Assembly: GCA_965285935.1 (NCBI GenBank)
Contig: OZ260667.1
Span: forward strand, 35,464,001 to 35,528,000
Length of the DNA stretch: 64,000 bases
Source of the DNA: Ophelia neglecta
Taxonomy: Eukaryota
Reading direction: 5' to 3'
The notes beneath the pieces were generated by a model. That model made no database searches, had not been told where the DNA came from, and saw nothing but the letters and a program-made list of their open reading frames with translations. The position numbers were made by a program, and so were the translations under genes. Of the stretch, positions 11,701-24,484 are shown piece after piece; position 1 is the stretch's first letter, and the number at the start of each line of letters is the position of its first letter.

Positions 11701-14700
11701 GATTTTGCTGACCATCGGCCATTTGCCGACAAAAATGGTAAATGTCCTAAACTTTTAAAAAGCTTCCGGACATTTGTCCGATGGCTTTTGCCGCCTGGTA
11801 ACCTGTCAGAATCAATACAGCTCGTTTATAACGCTTGTAGAAACAGATAACTATAGTTTATTTTATGTAGTTTGTCCTGGCTAAATCCAGCGGATGTTAT
11901 TTACATTTTTATTTCCTCCGCGAAACAAAGAGAGCTCGTATTTGTTAGAGCGCCGCTCATTGGTTGAGTGATGTTCAGTCTCGCGAATTAGACAGCCTGT
12001 TGTTATCTAGCAGCTGTTTACTAGAAGTATATACGATGCCCCCTAGTTTCCATCTGCCGGGAAAATCTCCCATGCTCCGCGCAACATGTGCAGTTCCAAA
12101 TTGCTGAGCCAAACTACCAAGTAATGGTGGTGGGACAGATGTAGTGTCACTAATGTGTGTCACTGGTGTGTGTCCCAGTATTGTGACGGTATGGGGAGCT
12201 GGCAGACGTGTTTGCTTACGGCAAAGCACATTCATGAAATGAATAGAACTATTTTTTAATTTCTGTTTCAGAGTGCTATCATCTTTGCCAGCTCTAATGG
12301 GTTGAAAGTAACAGTTGAAGATGCCAAATGTGTCCAAGCCAATGCATTCATACAGAAGGAACTGTTTCAGGATTTTGTCATAAAAGAGGAACAGGCCACT
12401 TTCAAAGTTAACCTCACGGTTCTTCTGGTAGTGAAATTTATACAGGAATCAAATACTGAACGGCAGTGCTGGAAATTAAAAAGTCTTTACTGCAATGTCT
12501 AGCTAGTCTTGAGAATTACACAACGTCTCGGAACCAGGCTACAACTAATTTACTCACCCAATAAATCATCATCAGAATGAATTCATAAAAATAATGTAGT
12601 TTTGGGCAGAAAACCAGACATGCTGTATGACATGCAAACAGATAGAGCTAAATTATTGAATTCTAATGAATTCCAAATCCTTTATAATGTTTTTCAAAAT
12701 CTCTAACTGGCAAGTCAATGTTTTCTTCAGAAGTTCTGGAGATTCTGTCATACTTATCTACTCCTGTTGATTCAGGCTTTGTCTTGTTACTTCACCAGTA
12801 TTATTATCTGGATATTTGTCATTGCAGTCATACTTAATATATTGTGTAAGCAATGTCTTCAAAGTAAAGTTAGTGTCTTAGCAGGCCACAGTATTTACCT
12901 TTCAAGTTCTTTGTCTCAAGACTGTCTTAGTGTAGGCTTACATTTTGAGTACCGAGTACATAGTTTTTCGCAACAGAACGTTGAATTTTACATCTGTTTA
13001 TTTATATAATTTTGTGTGGGTCACAGAGGTGTTTTGTATCTGTATCATTTATGGCCTGTCAGTCAGTTTGACCAGCAGTTGGGGGTTATCAACTGGGTGT
13101 AGAGAAATTCTACCAGTAAAAACAGATGAGAGGTGACTTTTCCACATGATTGTTGAGTGGCTGGCGGCATTGGAGCAGTGCGTCTGCCATCTGGTCATGG
13201 TATGCACCCGCCTCTGGATCCTCCCTTATAATAAGTACCGGGGTAATAAAGGGTGTCATTGAATCAAACACAGCCATAATGTAATGTGAAGGTACCAGGT
13301 GCCAAGTCAGTTATTTTTTTATTGGGTGAGCACTATTGGTTCCTGCCGTATTGCGCCAATTATGCTGAATTTTTTATTTTTTCAAGATTCATTGGCTGAA
13401 AAAAAACTAATATTCAAATGATTATAATATACTTTATTTTATGCAGAACTAGCTGTAAATTTTGTTTATCTGGTATCAACAAATATGGATTACCTCTCTT
13501 TTTCCAAGGGAAATTGCCAGCATCATTATATATTATATTTATTGCAGGAGTGTTTGAACATTTTTGGAACCAGTCCTATTCCAGGGGTTACAGCAGCTCT
13601 GAAAATGTGTTATGGCGGTTATGGTTCTCCACTTGTTCTTATGTAAGTTGACATTCATTTAGTATTAGTATTATCATGACTTAGGTAGACCTTTAGCAAT
13701 CAGTGCATTTTATGATATGTTCTAAACTGGCGGTTAAATTAATAAGTTTGTGACATACCCTGTGCAACAAATATAAAGATATATTTATTGGTGTCATATG
13801 ATACGATACATATCATATTATATATGCCACTTGATATCGATGCGTATCCTGATACACATTCACTAAGGTCACAGCCACAACCCTATCATTTTAGGAACTC
13901 CGAAGGAAAGGCCAGTATTGACCACTTCTTACTTAGCAGCATAAACAATCAAGCACCAAGTCATGTAAAAAAAAAACCTGGTGTTGTTTTTTAGCAGGTG
14001 AAAAAATATAAAGGTTTGAGTAACAGATGTATCCAATCATTTTATTACTTATTCATTGTCCTTACATAGTAATGATAAAAACTAAGCAAGGTATCAAAAT
14101 GTCTACCTTAGGCTGGAAGAGAATGGGGTTCTCACAGACTGCAATATCAAGACTCAGGAACCTGATGAAACTTTAGATTTCAGTTTCAGCAGTGCTAATG
14201 TTGTAAACAAAATAATCATGAAGGTGAGAATAATTTTATAGAATATTATCAATATGGTCTATTTCATTAAAAGCATGATGGAAGGGTGGAATGTGTCATT
14301 TTTTCAACCTTTTGCACTTCATGAAGTAATAATTTTTAATTTCCTATGAGCATGTGCATTATTGTGTTCTTTTCCAAGTTAACATTGGTGTTTACTCTCT
14401 GACCTTATTCATTTCTTGCCAACTCAAACGACATTTCTGTCAAATCATGCCCTTAATTTTGAAACCTTTTAATTTCAGTCTGAATGCCTGAAAGAAGCAT
14501 TCCAAGAGCTGGACATGTCCAGCGAGGTTTTACAGATCCTTATGTCACCTGACCAACCTCACCTCAGACTCTCTACATTTGGAAACGCAGGAAGTACTCA
14601 TGTAAATAAGTTCAGTGGGGCAGGTATAGACAAAATTAGCATAGGTGTTAAAAAAAAGTGTCAGATTATTTGGATTTGCACATTATGCCTTGTTGCTGTG

Positions 14701-15785
14701 ACATACAAAATAACTTGTTTAACAAAGAAGATCAATTTACTTAATTTTTTTTCCTTGCAGTCTGATTTCCCTAAGGACTCTGATTTGGTTGAGTCGTTCC
14801 AGTGTCCTCAGACTCAAACCAATAGGTAAGAGGAACATGCACCAGCATGGGATCGACTTCTTATTTATTGGAACTGTAGATTTTGCAATGCCCCAGCCTC
14901 TTCTCCAACATTATCATTTCCATCCCTTATCTGTGCTATGCAGATAAGTTCAGAGCAGAAAATATATTGCAGAAATTGAGTTCTTGGAAAGTAATCCTGA
15001 ATTCCATGGACATAATAAATGAGAGGGAAGGGGGTGCAGTTCTAAGCACTGTTGTTAATAGTAAAAAAATTGCTCATCACAGTCCATTGACAATTGAACT
15101 ATAATAACTAAAAAACAAGTACAAAATACTAGACAAAGCATGAAGGAAAGCTTGTCTTACAAAAATTGATTATTTCCTTTATTTGCCATTCTTATTTCAG
15201 GTACAAGATATCATTACTGAAGCCTTCGGTAAAAGCTTTGATGCTATCAACAAGGATCTCATTGAGAACAGACAGGAGGGGATTTCTGTCCATGCAATAC
15301 ATGATAAAGACAGAGGATGGACAAGTCTGCTTTGTAGAATATTTTGTAAGTCTATTCTCAGAAGTTAAGTCCACCTTGGATTCTAAATGTACAAGTTATT
15401 ATTTCTATGGTGGCTACCCTGCAGCGCCGAAACCGAATATCTGCCCGACAGGCATTAACTGAGAAATAAGAAGTGATGTCATGGAAAATAGTTTTAATAT
15501 AACTGGTTATGATGCCACAACAGCTTTACTACTTAACTATCGTTTATTTGACATTACAGATTGAGAACGATTTCCATGTGGCAACATGTGTAATTATGGT
15601 ATCTTAATTCTCTATTTCTACTGGAGCCTATCTTTGTTTCAGTTATTTTGCTTGAACCTGCCTACAAGGGGGGGGGGGGGGGGGAGTCACCCAATTTATA
15701 ATAGCATAACCCTAACCATTGCTTATTTTAATTCTAGTGTGCCCCTGATGAAGAAGTTGAAGAAACCAGTGATTATGATGACTGA
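8708..15785 (+). CDS. RAD1: Cell-cycle checkpoint protein RAD1 (9-1-1 clamp subunit), 283 aa, 8 coding exons
   Basis: Exons 8708-8815 (LVAKLDNAKNMSNILKAIHFKD), 12272-12427 (NGLKVTVEDAKCVQANAFIQ), 13548-13642 (ECLNIFG...CYGGYGSPL), 14112-14223, 14479-14601 (STFGNAGSTH), 14761-14825, 15201-15345 (YKISLLKPS...RTDRRGFLSMQYMI...CFVEYF), 15738-15785 (CAPDEE...TGA). GT-AG, 852 nt in frame, hallmark RAD1 motifs. Confidence 0.97.
9087..11197. mobile_element. Non-autonomous TIR DNA transposon (8-bp TSD; P-like or hAT-like), host of a nested insertion
   Basis: TSD ATTCAAAT at 9079-9086 and 11198-11205. The 61-bp TIR CACAGGTACGCGAGGCGTCTATCCCC...GCAACTTCG is intact at 11137-11197; the left copy is split into 9087-9100 plus 9916-9962. 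No transposase ORF. Confidence 0.85.
9101..9906. mobile_element. Foldback / Mutator-like (MULE) non-autonomous element
   Basis: 9-bp TSD GTACGCGAG (9092-9100, 9907-9915); near-identical inverted arms of about 320 bp (9101-9422 and 9592-9906) around a spacer of about 170 bp; subterminal ACCGAAACCG repeats. Confidence 0.9.
11697..12217 (-). mobile_element. Truncated copy of the hAT MITE at 23425-24203, inverted relative to it
   Basis: Starts with TIR CAGTGATTTTGCTG and is the near-identical reverse complement of about 23680-24203; the other end is missing. Confidence 0.88.
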
Positions 15786-15939
15786 GGATCTTCTATGTAT
15801 GCCATTCCTGGCAGGATTTTAATTCACTTTCTACTTAACAACGCACCAATAGCAAACATCCTTAAGATATATCAGTTCAGTGGAGAATATGAAGTGTATA
15901 TATTTACATATCATTTTATAATTACCTGTATATACTTAT

Positions 15940-15945
15940 AATAAA
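15940..15945 (+). terminator. Probable RAD1 polyadenylation signal AATAAA
   Basis: First AATAAA about 155 nt after the stop, followed by T-rich sequence. Confidence 0.55.
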
Positions 15946-18207
15946 AACATGACCAGACTTTATTTTAGGTTTTATTTCCTTTAGAAACATTCAGTGAAGG
16001 TTCCTAAATTACATAGATGTCCAGTGCAATCAACAAATCATAACATACAATTGCAAGCCACTCTAGGAATTAAAATTACAATAACTATGTTAAAGATGAT
16101 GGTGCTATAAACAAATATGTCTTCCAAGATCATGCTAATTATTATATATCATATATACAAAATTAATTAAAACCTTATTAACATTTTCACACAGAAGACC
16201 GCATGATATCTCTCAGACCTCTATATATAGTTAATCTTTCTCAGTCTTCTAAAACCTTGTCTTTCGTAGATCCTTTTATGCACAGCAACTTCTTACATCT
16301 TGAAACTGTTCAGTAGAAATGCATTAATTTTGGTTAATAAAGGCAAAACATTGGTTGCAATGGAAATGCTTGCCCTAAACTTTCAAATGCACAATTGAAT
16401 ACTGCAGAGGCCAGTCTGATCTGCTTTCACAACCGTCATGTTCACTCCATACTGTACACATAGATAGCACATATTGGTAGATAGAACTGTCACTGGCTTC
16501 CAATTCTTTTATTTTAACAAATTGCTATCAATTATCAAATGTATGCATATTTAAATTGTTGAGGGTATATTTGTTGCTATAAATAAGCATTTTAATTAAA
16601 TTTGAAAAGAAATATATAGCAAAAATGATAGCCAAAGGTCCTGTGATTTTAATGTTTAATTTGCCAATTTGAAAAAAAGCTATAATTCAACTATTCAAAC
16701 CACTGTCAGCACCAATGCAGTTAGTTTAAGCTCATGGCTATTCCATTTAAAAGTATGAGAGGTTGGTCGAACACCCCTGTGTAAATTTGGGTCTTCATTT
16801 ACAACTGCATTCTTTAACCTTATTGTACCTTTTGGGACCATGATGGACCTACAGGTAAAAAGGTACATTCCGCCACTCACCACACTCTCATCACCATGTG
16901 AATGGAATTTTCCACTATTAATCCCCAACTAAGGCTTCAAGTTTTAATTTGTTTTGTCTCACAGAGGAGCAGCCAAACCAACTTAACCTACAGATATAGA
17001 TTGACAGGGGATGAGGATAAGAGAGGCAAGTATGAGCTACACCCATGAATAAGAGGGGGAGAGGATTAAAAGGGTGGGGGGGGGGGAAGAACCACACACA
17101 TGCAGAGAATATACCACTGACAGGGAGGGGGAAACCAAACAGAGGGTGATCATTAATCCTGACAAGGGGGGGGGCTGTACCAATGAAGGGTGAGGATTTA
17201 GGTATACCATCAGGAGGAGTAAACCAACAGAGGGTGAGGATATCGACTGACAAGCGGGGGACCTGATGGACAAAGTGCTGTACATGAATTAACAAACATC
17301 AAGTCTCTAACATTTTGCACATGGTGATTACAAAGATTACAAAAAGAGATAGCTTTGTGTAATAAAAACTTTGTTTACTGAAATGCATTGTTGATAAACT
17401 AGTATACATGTACACATTCGGTAAAATATTTCACTACATAGAGCATACACATAGAGTGTGCTTCCTTCAAGGACAACATAACAAATACCAAACCAGCCTT
17501 AGTCGGGTGCCCACATTCCATTGTAAAAAGCCCTAACTAATTAATTACAAATGGAATATGCATATTAAATGTATGACTTAGTTTTAATTAGGCCACATGC
17601 TAGTCCAAAAACATGTCTAAAATCAGACCATATTATGCTTGATACTATATACATATTTATTATGTACGAGTCCATTTTCTTGCAGATAAACACTGCAATA
17701 TCCATTTATAAATATATATCCATGTTAACTTGAGAGGGACATAGGTCAAGCTCATTTATTGGCAAAACAAGCATGTCATGTGCATCTGATTGAAACTGGG
17801 TTAAACTTCAGGGTGTATTGCCGGGGAGGGGTGCCAGGGCATACCCCTGACTGAGACACTAGGTCCCTTAAAGCACTGTAAAACTCTCATGTAGGCCATT
17901 TCAAGTATTAATAAATACTGTTATTTGAATTAATTTATTTGAGTAATGAAAAAATATCCAATCCACTCACCAATAAGAAAAAAGTCTGCCTTACATTGTT
18001 AGTAAGCATAAGACAATTAAAATGCTCATCAAAATCAATTTAATAACATAATGGCAGCCCGTTAAAAATGCATTCCGTCTGATTATTCTAAAACCATTTG
18101 TTCTTTAATTTCAGTTCATACAATAATCAAATCATCCCAAAAATGAACAAATTGTGGTAAAATTACTATCATCAGAAATGACTGGTAATTGGTATACAGA
18201 TTAAAAT

Positions 18208-21200
18208 CTACTTCTTTTTGTCTTCTTTGCAAACAATAACATAGCGTTGAGCAACAGCCAGTGGGGGTGAGTAGCCTTCTGGGTAGGAAGTGTCCTCAAA
18301 CAACACAGAGTAGTCATCTGAAGGCTGCAAAATATCACAGAAATATATGGTCAAGAAGTTATTATTGGTCAGAAATTTCGAAAATTGCCTAATGCCAGGA
18401 ATTTTACACTTGGTTCTTACTCTTTTAGGTGGTTCATGGATTAATGCTCGGTAAAAACAAGTGGTCTGAGGGTAGAGGGCAAGGACAAGCTGGAAGAAAA
18501 AGTCGAAAAAAACTTAAAATATTCAATTATCTAACTATGACAGGCTTTAGCTTTAATTTGTTTATACACATTGCTGTCTTGAAAATAATTTCATAGAAAA
18601 TCATTACAAAAATATTCTGGAAAGAAATGCACATTGCTTTTAGTATTGGCTCCAGTATTAAAATCAGAAAACCTTTTAACACAATGATCTACTCACAGCT
18701 CCTTTTGGAAACAAGGCCTCCTTGTCAGTTTCTGGATTAGCTTTCCATATGGGCAGCGGGACTATCCGTCTTTTACTCAGAATGTGCCTCCTATAAATTT
18801 GAAAGTTTGCCTCAGTATGAAGACTAAAAATAACACCAGTATACAAAATGTCTCTCACAAGTTTCTCATATGATCCACTCAGTGGTAACCCAGTGTGCCA
18901 CAGCTAGTGTGACATTGTATATCATAGCTAAACAGTTTTATCACAGCTAAACCCAGAGTTTGCAGCCACCTCAGGTCCCATCCTGATTTACATAGACTGT
19001 ATAAAATCCAGGGATGCATTACCTGTTAAAAATTGCCCCCCCCCCCTCCTCTCCCAAGGTGACCTCATTTTTACTTAAAATTCTGTGCAGGATGATTGAT
19101 TTCAAGAAGAAGGATTTATTCAAATTTACTACAATAGAAAAGTATAATATAGTTAAGGTGGTCAAGAGGTTTTACAATATTAAACAAGCATGCCAAATGA
19201 AAAATTGGCCAGGTAAAATGAAGCATACATTCAGACCTTGAAAACTGGAAAATAATTAATCATCATTAACTGGTGATACCCATCAACAAGTGTTAAATCA
19301 ATTCTTTTAATTACATTTTCACAAGGTTTCACTTTAACAGGGTGCACCATGTTACTGCATGGCTGATCATAAGAATTTAAATGTGGCTATCTTCTTAATC
19401 AATTCAGCTTCCACAACTTATAACACTACTTACTCTTTACCCTCTTCTGCATCAATGTCATCCACCTCATACTTCCCGGCGCTAGAGGCGTAGGACACAA
19501 TCTCGGCTAGGATCCAGTTTTCCTCCCCATCTTGGCCTTTTACCCTCGCTGCAATCTTGTCACCTTGCTTACCAATATAGTTGGACTCTGCTGGCACAGC
19601 CCCACACAAAGGTGGAGGCCTGATAATAAAATGGAAACAAAACGTTCAGGGCTGACTGAAGGAACCACCATTCAATAAAGTTAAATATACATCATAAAAA
19701 CTAAAGATTTGTTGTGAAGTTCACATATACTTAAAAGTTTCAAATGACCCAGGTGGTTTACATTGGCTTATTTTGAAGCCTAACTATTCAAATGAAGAAG
19801 TTAGGCATGATTTTTTTTACCTACATAAGGCAAAAGAATACAAGTCCATGTTCAGCCTTCATATACATAACTACCTCCCTAACTATTTCAGTAGTGTAAC
19901 TATGAAGCTTTTGGTTATAAAAAAGGGCAACTGAAGCCAATTGTGATAGCGAACCTTGTGCCATGTGACTAAATAAATGCTTTTGTGTTGTCTTACTACT
20001 GAGCTTTGCCATCCTTATTTCTATGATTAGGGTATTGTATTTAATTGAGACTCAACATCTTATCCCAAGAATATTTTCTCAATTTTTCTGATTCTTAGAT
20101 ACAATATATTTGAATCATATTTCAGTAGTTCTTGACGGTGACACATTAGAGGAAAAACAAGTGACTGCTATTGCAGATGAATCTGACTGAAGACAATACC
20201 TATCAGCAAAGGGCATCTCTTCATTCTTTTCATATAAAGTCTAACTATTAGTGGTCCAGATATATGATTTACCAATTTTACAATGTCAAATCCTTCGATG
20301 TCAATAAATAATATTTGATTTCTCAGTAAAAAAAAACTTAAAGATACCAAGGTCAAATATGAGGTCATACATTAATTCCCTTGGTAAGTTTTTGATACAT
20401 ACAATATGAAAGCAATATTCGTATCCTGCACCCTAAAGGCAAACAACTGCTCTCTTCTCAACACAAGAAAACCACTGCAGCAGCTTTCTTTTATTAGGGA
20501 AAGCTTTCTATTAACCAAATAAAGATATTTCATCAACAGTAAAAATGGTGAATTTTGTGTCTTTCTGATGCCATAATTCAGTTATGGGGAAACAGAGCAT
20601 TTATGACAGAAAGATACAACAAAATAAAATGGACACCCAAGTGACATATGTCACTGGTGGTCACATTAATTGGCCTCACTTTTCGCCAGGCTTGGAGATC
20701 CACAAGGGCAAGGTCAAGGCATTTTGTTGCAGCATGCTCATTAAAACTCCTCTTCTCATTATTTGCTTGGGTCTATCTCCATCTGAAAATAGTCATTGAT
20801 TTTATAGATATGGTATTAGAGTTTATATGTTAAAGACAACACTCATTCCTAGACAGCCACAGATAGTTTAAATGAAGTACTCTGCAAGTTGATCTATGTG
20901 TTAGGATAAAAGTACAAATTTTTTATTATTACTTACTTCTGTTTTCTCTGAATGATTTTATTTCAGCAATTTTGTCCAATGCTCTCCTTAAAAGCCTGCA
21001 ATATGACATTTATGGATTACTATTATTATACTAACTGTGTGCAAAAAGATGTCTGTATGGCAGGGAAGCAAATACACTGCTTTTAAAAAGCTTAATTCAA
21101 CAACAACAACAAAAACAAAACTTACTCAGCTTCACTTTCTGCATCTTGCATGGCAGTATTATACAGGCCTCTTAATTTGGTCTTATAATATGGTGATACT

Positions 21201-24200
21201 GAAAAGTAATTATTATGAAGATTAAACAAGTAGGTAGAGGATGGCCATTGTCCCTGTCTCCAAGTTAATGTCATTACCCTTCTTAGCAAATAAAGTATTA
21301 AATGACCCTTGTTGATGTTTTATGACCCCAAATTGGGAATACACATACTTCAGCGAGCTCCAATGTAGGTCACACTCACACATGATCTAACTTCAAGGTG
21401 AATATAAGGTGAAGGTTGGAAGTGTCTAACAGCTTCTGTTCCAAAGTAAATGAACTGACAAACAAAGTTGCTAAGTGACTAAATTAACCTTCCGATCACC
21501 TTGTAAAGTAGGTCAGGCTGTTATCTACTTTAACCCAGTAAGGGAGTGTATCAGTGATAGAATAAGATATATGAGTACAAAGAGTATAAGATCTTCTCAG
21601 CATCAGGTGAAAGTTGACCCCGGAAGGACAGATGCACACAAGGGTAGGTGAAAGTTGACCCCGGAAGGACAGACGCACACAAGGGCAGGTGAAAGTTGAC
21701 CCTGGAAGGACAGACGCACACAAGGGTGGACCCTGCCTTTTTCTAGGTCTTCCTTCCTTCTTGTGAAAGCGACACAATCAAGGCATAAGAATACTTCCGA
21801 TAAGACATCATTTTTGAGTTGATCTTAGTCGCCTTCAAAGTAGGCCCAGGTCATCCCTTTTCTGAATTTAACCTGAGCCCGAGGCAAAGTCAATGTAATG
21901 TGAAAGTTAGAAGTGCCTACTCAGTAGCTGCATCTGTTCAAAAGTTGTCAACCCTACAAGCAAGTTGCTCATTTAACTGACTCACTTTGTAAAAGTAGGT
22001 CGGGCTATGACCTACTTTTTAATTATTGGGGACCCCCAAGTGATGAATGTCAGTGGTAAATAAGGCAGCTGAGTAGTAACACATCCATTCAGAGGCAGGT
22101 GAAAGTTGAGCCCAGATTGACGGCTAGATGCAGCTGCGATGCATGGAGGACAGACAATTTCTAAGTCTCCCTCTCCCCTTTGGCCAAGGAACACAATAAA
22201 AATGAAATTGTTTACAGTCACCAGGTACTCTGCTTCTGCAGGTATAGTCATACTAAATAACACTGACATCACTGATGCTATATATGGTGAATAATCACTA
22301 TATCTGAGAAACCTTATTTTTACAATGAGTCTTTTGTATATTGTATATAAATTCCACTATAAACATACTTTTTGCTTCTAGTTGCATCCTTTCATGGGTT
22401 TTTGAAATATTTGACAAATTGTGCTCTCCTCTTGCTCTTTCATCCTGCAAAAAACAATAATTAGAAAGTAGAACTACAAAGATTTACCCCGGTATTTTTT
22501 TAGGTTTCTAAATATCTTGAGAATATGGTAGGACACCACAGAAAATTGTGGAAAGGGAATGACCGATGCAAACCCACTGACAATTTGACTGCCAAAGGCA
22601 TATTTGAAAATTCATCTACCCAAGTGCCTGGAAATAGCTATCACATGCAGGGGCAGGGGCAGGCCTTCTTTGGGTCAAAAAAGGACAGGGATGTTTCATA
22701 CAAGCTGATATATTGAGTCACAAATAACTTAATAAAGCTCGGCAAAATTTGGGAATAATGTCATAGTAATGATGGTGAACGATGCTAGGACATTATACAA
22801 GTACAGTGGAATCCCTCAATTAAGGGCACCCGGCGGACTCTACATTTTGGCCTTAATTTGGAGATGCCCATAATTCCAGGATGGCCAATTAAAACTAGGG
22901 ATGGGCTGCTTGGGGATGAAGGGGGGCATGGGGATACATCATGGAGTCGGAATATCACAATCGAGAACCAAACTTGGGGACGCTGGGTATTTGGTGATAT
23001 AAATAAACAGATCTTGGCCTTTAATCGGTAAAAGGCTGGTAAAATTTCACTCACGGTGTGAACATGAACAATAGGTTGGGTTTTATTTTATGTTGTGTAT
23101 CAGCTAAATGACAGGATAATGTTGTGTAATGCGTGGCGCCACCAGGTCTGCCCGCGCGATAAACAAACTTCCAGGCAAATGGGTGTCCACACACCGGGCA
23201 ATGAACGTAATATGGAGATAAAATTGGCTCATGTGATCAATATTAGTGCCCGTAATTCCGAAATGCCCGCATTTCCGAGATCCCCCCCCTACATTCAACA
23301 TGTTAAAATTGACGGTAACTGGTATGAATTTTTGCCCGAAATGCCTGTATTTGTGAGATGCCCGCAAGGAGGGATTCCACTTTACTGTTACAGGGCATTC
23401 ACTGTTAATATCTCTACCTAATTACAGTGATTTTGCTGGGTTCAGAATTTGTCCTGAATTGTCCAAAAAATTCAGGACAGTCTGCATATTTTCAGGACAC
23501 TTTTATGGCACACAATAAAGATAAAAAAAAACACCTCATAACTGATTTTAATTTGATGAAATTCAATGAATTTTTTATATGGATATGAAGATATACAATA
23601 GATGCATATATGGCAGTAATAATAGAGCTTGAGGGAGTGATTGTGGGTGAAGTGTACAACTACACGTATGTGCTTGTGCAAGCAAACACGTCTGCCAGCT
23701 CCCCACACCGTCACAATACTGGTACACACACCAGTGACACACATTAGTGACACTACATCTGTCCCCCCACCATTACTTGGTAGTTTGGCTGAGCAATTTG
23801 GAACTGCACACGTTGCGCCGAGCATGGGAGATTTTCCCGGCAGATGGAAAGTAGGGGGCATTGTATAAACTTCTAGCAAACAGCTGCTAGAAAGCAACAG
23901 GCTGTCTGATTCGCGAGACTGAACATCACTCAACCAATGAGCGGCGCTCTAACAAATACGAGCTATCTTTGTTTCGCGGAGGAAATAAAAATGTAAATAA
24001 AGTCCGCTGGATTTAGCCAGGACAAACTACATAAAATAAACTATAGTTATCTGTTTCTACGTGCGTTATAAACGAGCTGTATTGATTCTGACAGGTGACC
24101 AGGCGGCAAAAGCCATCGGACAAATGTCCGGAAGCTTTTTAAAAGTTTAGGACATTTTAATACTATTTTGTCGGCAAATGGCCGATGGTCAGCAAAATCA

Positions 24201-24484
24201 CTGCCTAATTAAAAGCCTTCCTCTCTTTTGTGCCTTACTCTGCCCCTGTGTGTCATTTTCAGATGGATTTTGAAGCACATAGTAGGTTCCTAAGTAATAC
24301 TTGCCTGGACTTGATTTATCAAGAGGTGCAATTCTTTCAGCATATCCTTTAGTTTGATATCAGCTGATACAGTAGCATCTTTCCCACCTGTAGCCATCAT
24401 GGCACTACTATTTCCTGGTGCAGTAACACTTTCTTTATCTTTTCCACTACTTGTGCTGGATGCTCCAGTCTTCAGGCGCCCCAT
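18208..24484 (-). CDS. SGF29: SAGA-associated factor 29 (SGF29/CCDC101; coiled coil plus tandem Tudor H3K4me reader), 318 aa, 9 coding exons
   Basis: Exons (minus): 24484-24305 (VSADIKLKDMLKELHLLINQVQ, GC donor), 22444-22369 (EHNLSNISKTHERMQ), 21198-21126 (SPYYKTKLRGLY), 20995-20937, 20782-20680 (MRRGVLMSMLQQ), 19619-19434 (PPPLCGAVPA...WILAE...YEVDDID), 18790-18697 (WKANPETD), 18489-18421 (LALYPQTTCFY), 18324-18208 (FEDTSYPEGYSPPLAVAQRYV). 957 nt, phases consistent. Confidence 0.97.
21400..22200. repeat. Old degenerate tandem duplication (period about 490 bp) in SGF29 intron 2
   Basis: Collinear shared blocks between about 21400-21780 and about 21895-22200; boundaries approximate. Confidence 0.65.
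21605..21727. repeat. 41-bp minisatellite x3
   Basis: Unit AGGTGAAAGTTGACCCCGGAAGGACAGAYGCACACAAGGGY starting at 21605, 21646 and 21687. Confidence 0.92.
22804..23382. mobile_element. Tc1/mariner (Tigger/pogo-like) non-autonomous element
   Basis: TA|CAGTGGAATCCCTC...GAGGGATTCCACTT|TA; CpG-rich interior. Confidence 0.78.
23425..24203 (+). mobile_element. Full-length hAT-type MITE, 779 bp
   Basis: 14-bp TIR CAGTGATTTTGCTG and perfect 8-bp TSD CCTAATTA (23417-23424, 24204-24211). Confidence 0.92.

Noticed and set aside
11975-12337. Matching ORFs at 11975-12337 and 23641-23868 suggesting a duplicated gene
   Set aside because: Both are chance frames within the two hAT MITE copies.
16200-17300. 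Extra gene or retroelement remnant between RAD1 and SGF29
   Set aside because: Short ORFs without coherent homology or splice structure; the faint LINE-like peptides are too weak to call.
21605-21727. CRISPR-like array, or RNase MRP-like GAAAG..CCCCGGA motif
   Set aside because: The units abut with no unique spacers and the context is eukaryotic; the MRP resemblance needs an insertion and the other conserved regions are absent.
21980-22025. H/ACA snoRNA or telomerase RNA (minus-strand hairpin followed by ACA)
   Set aside because: The hairpin is too short, there is no convincing H box, and no telomere template is nearby.
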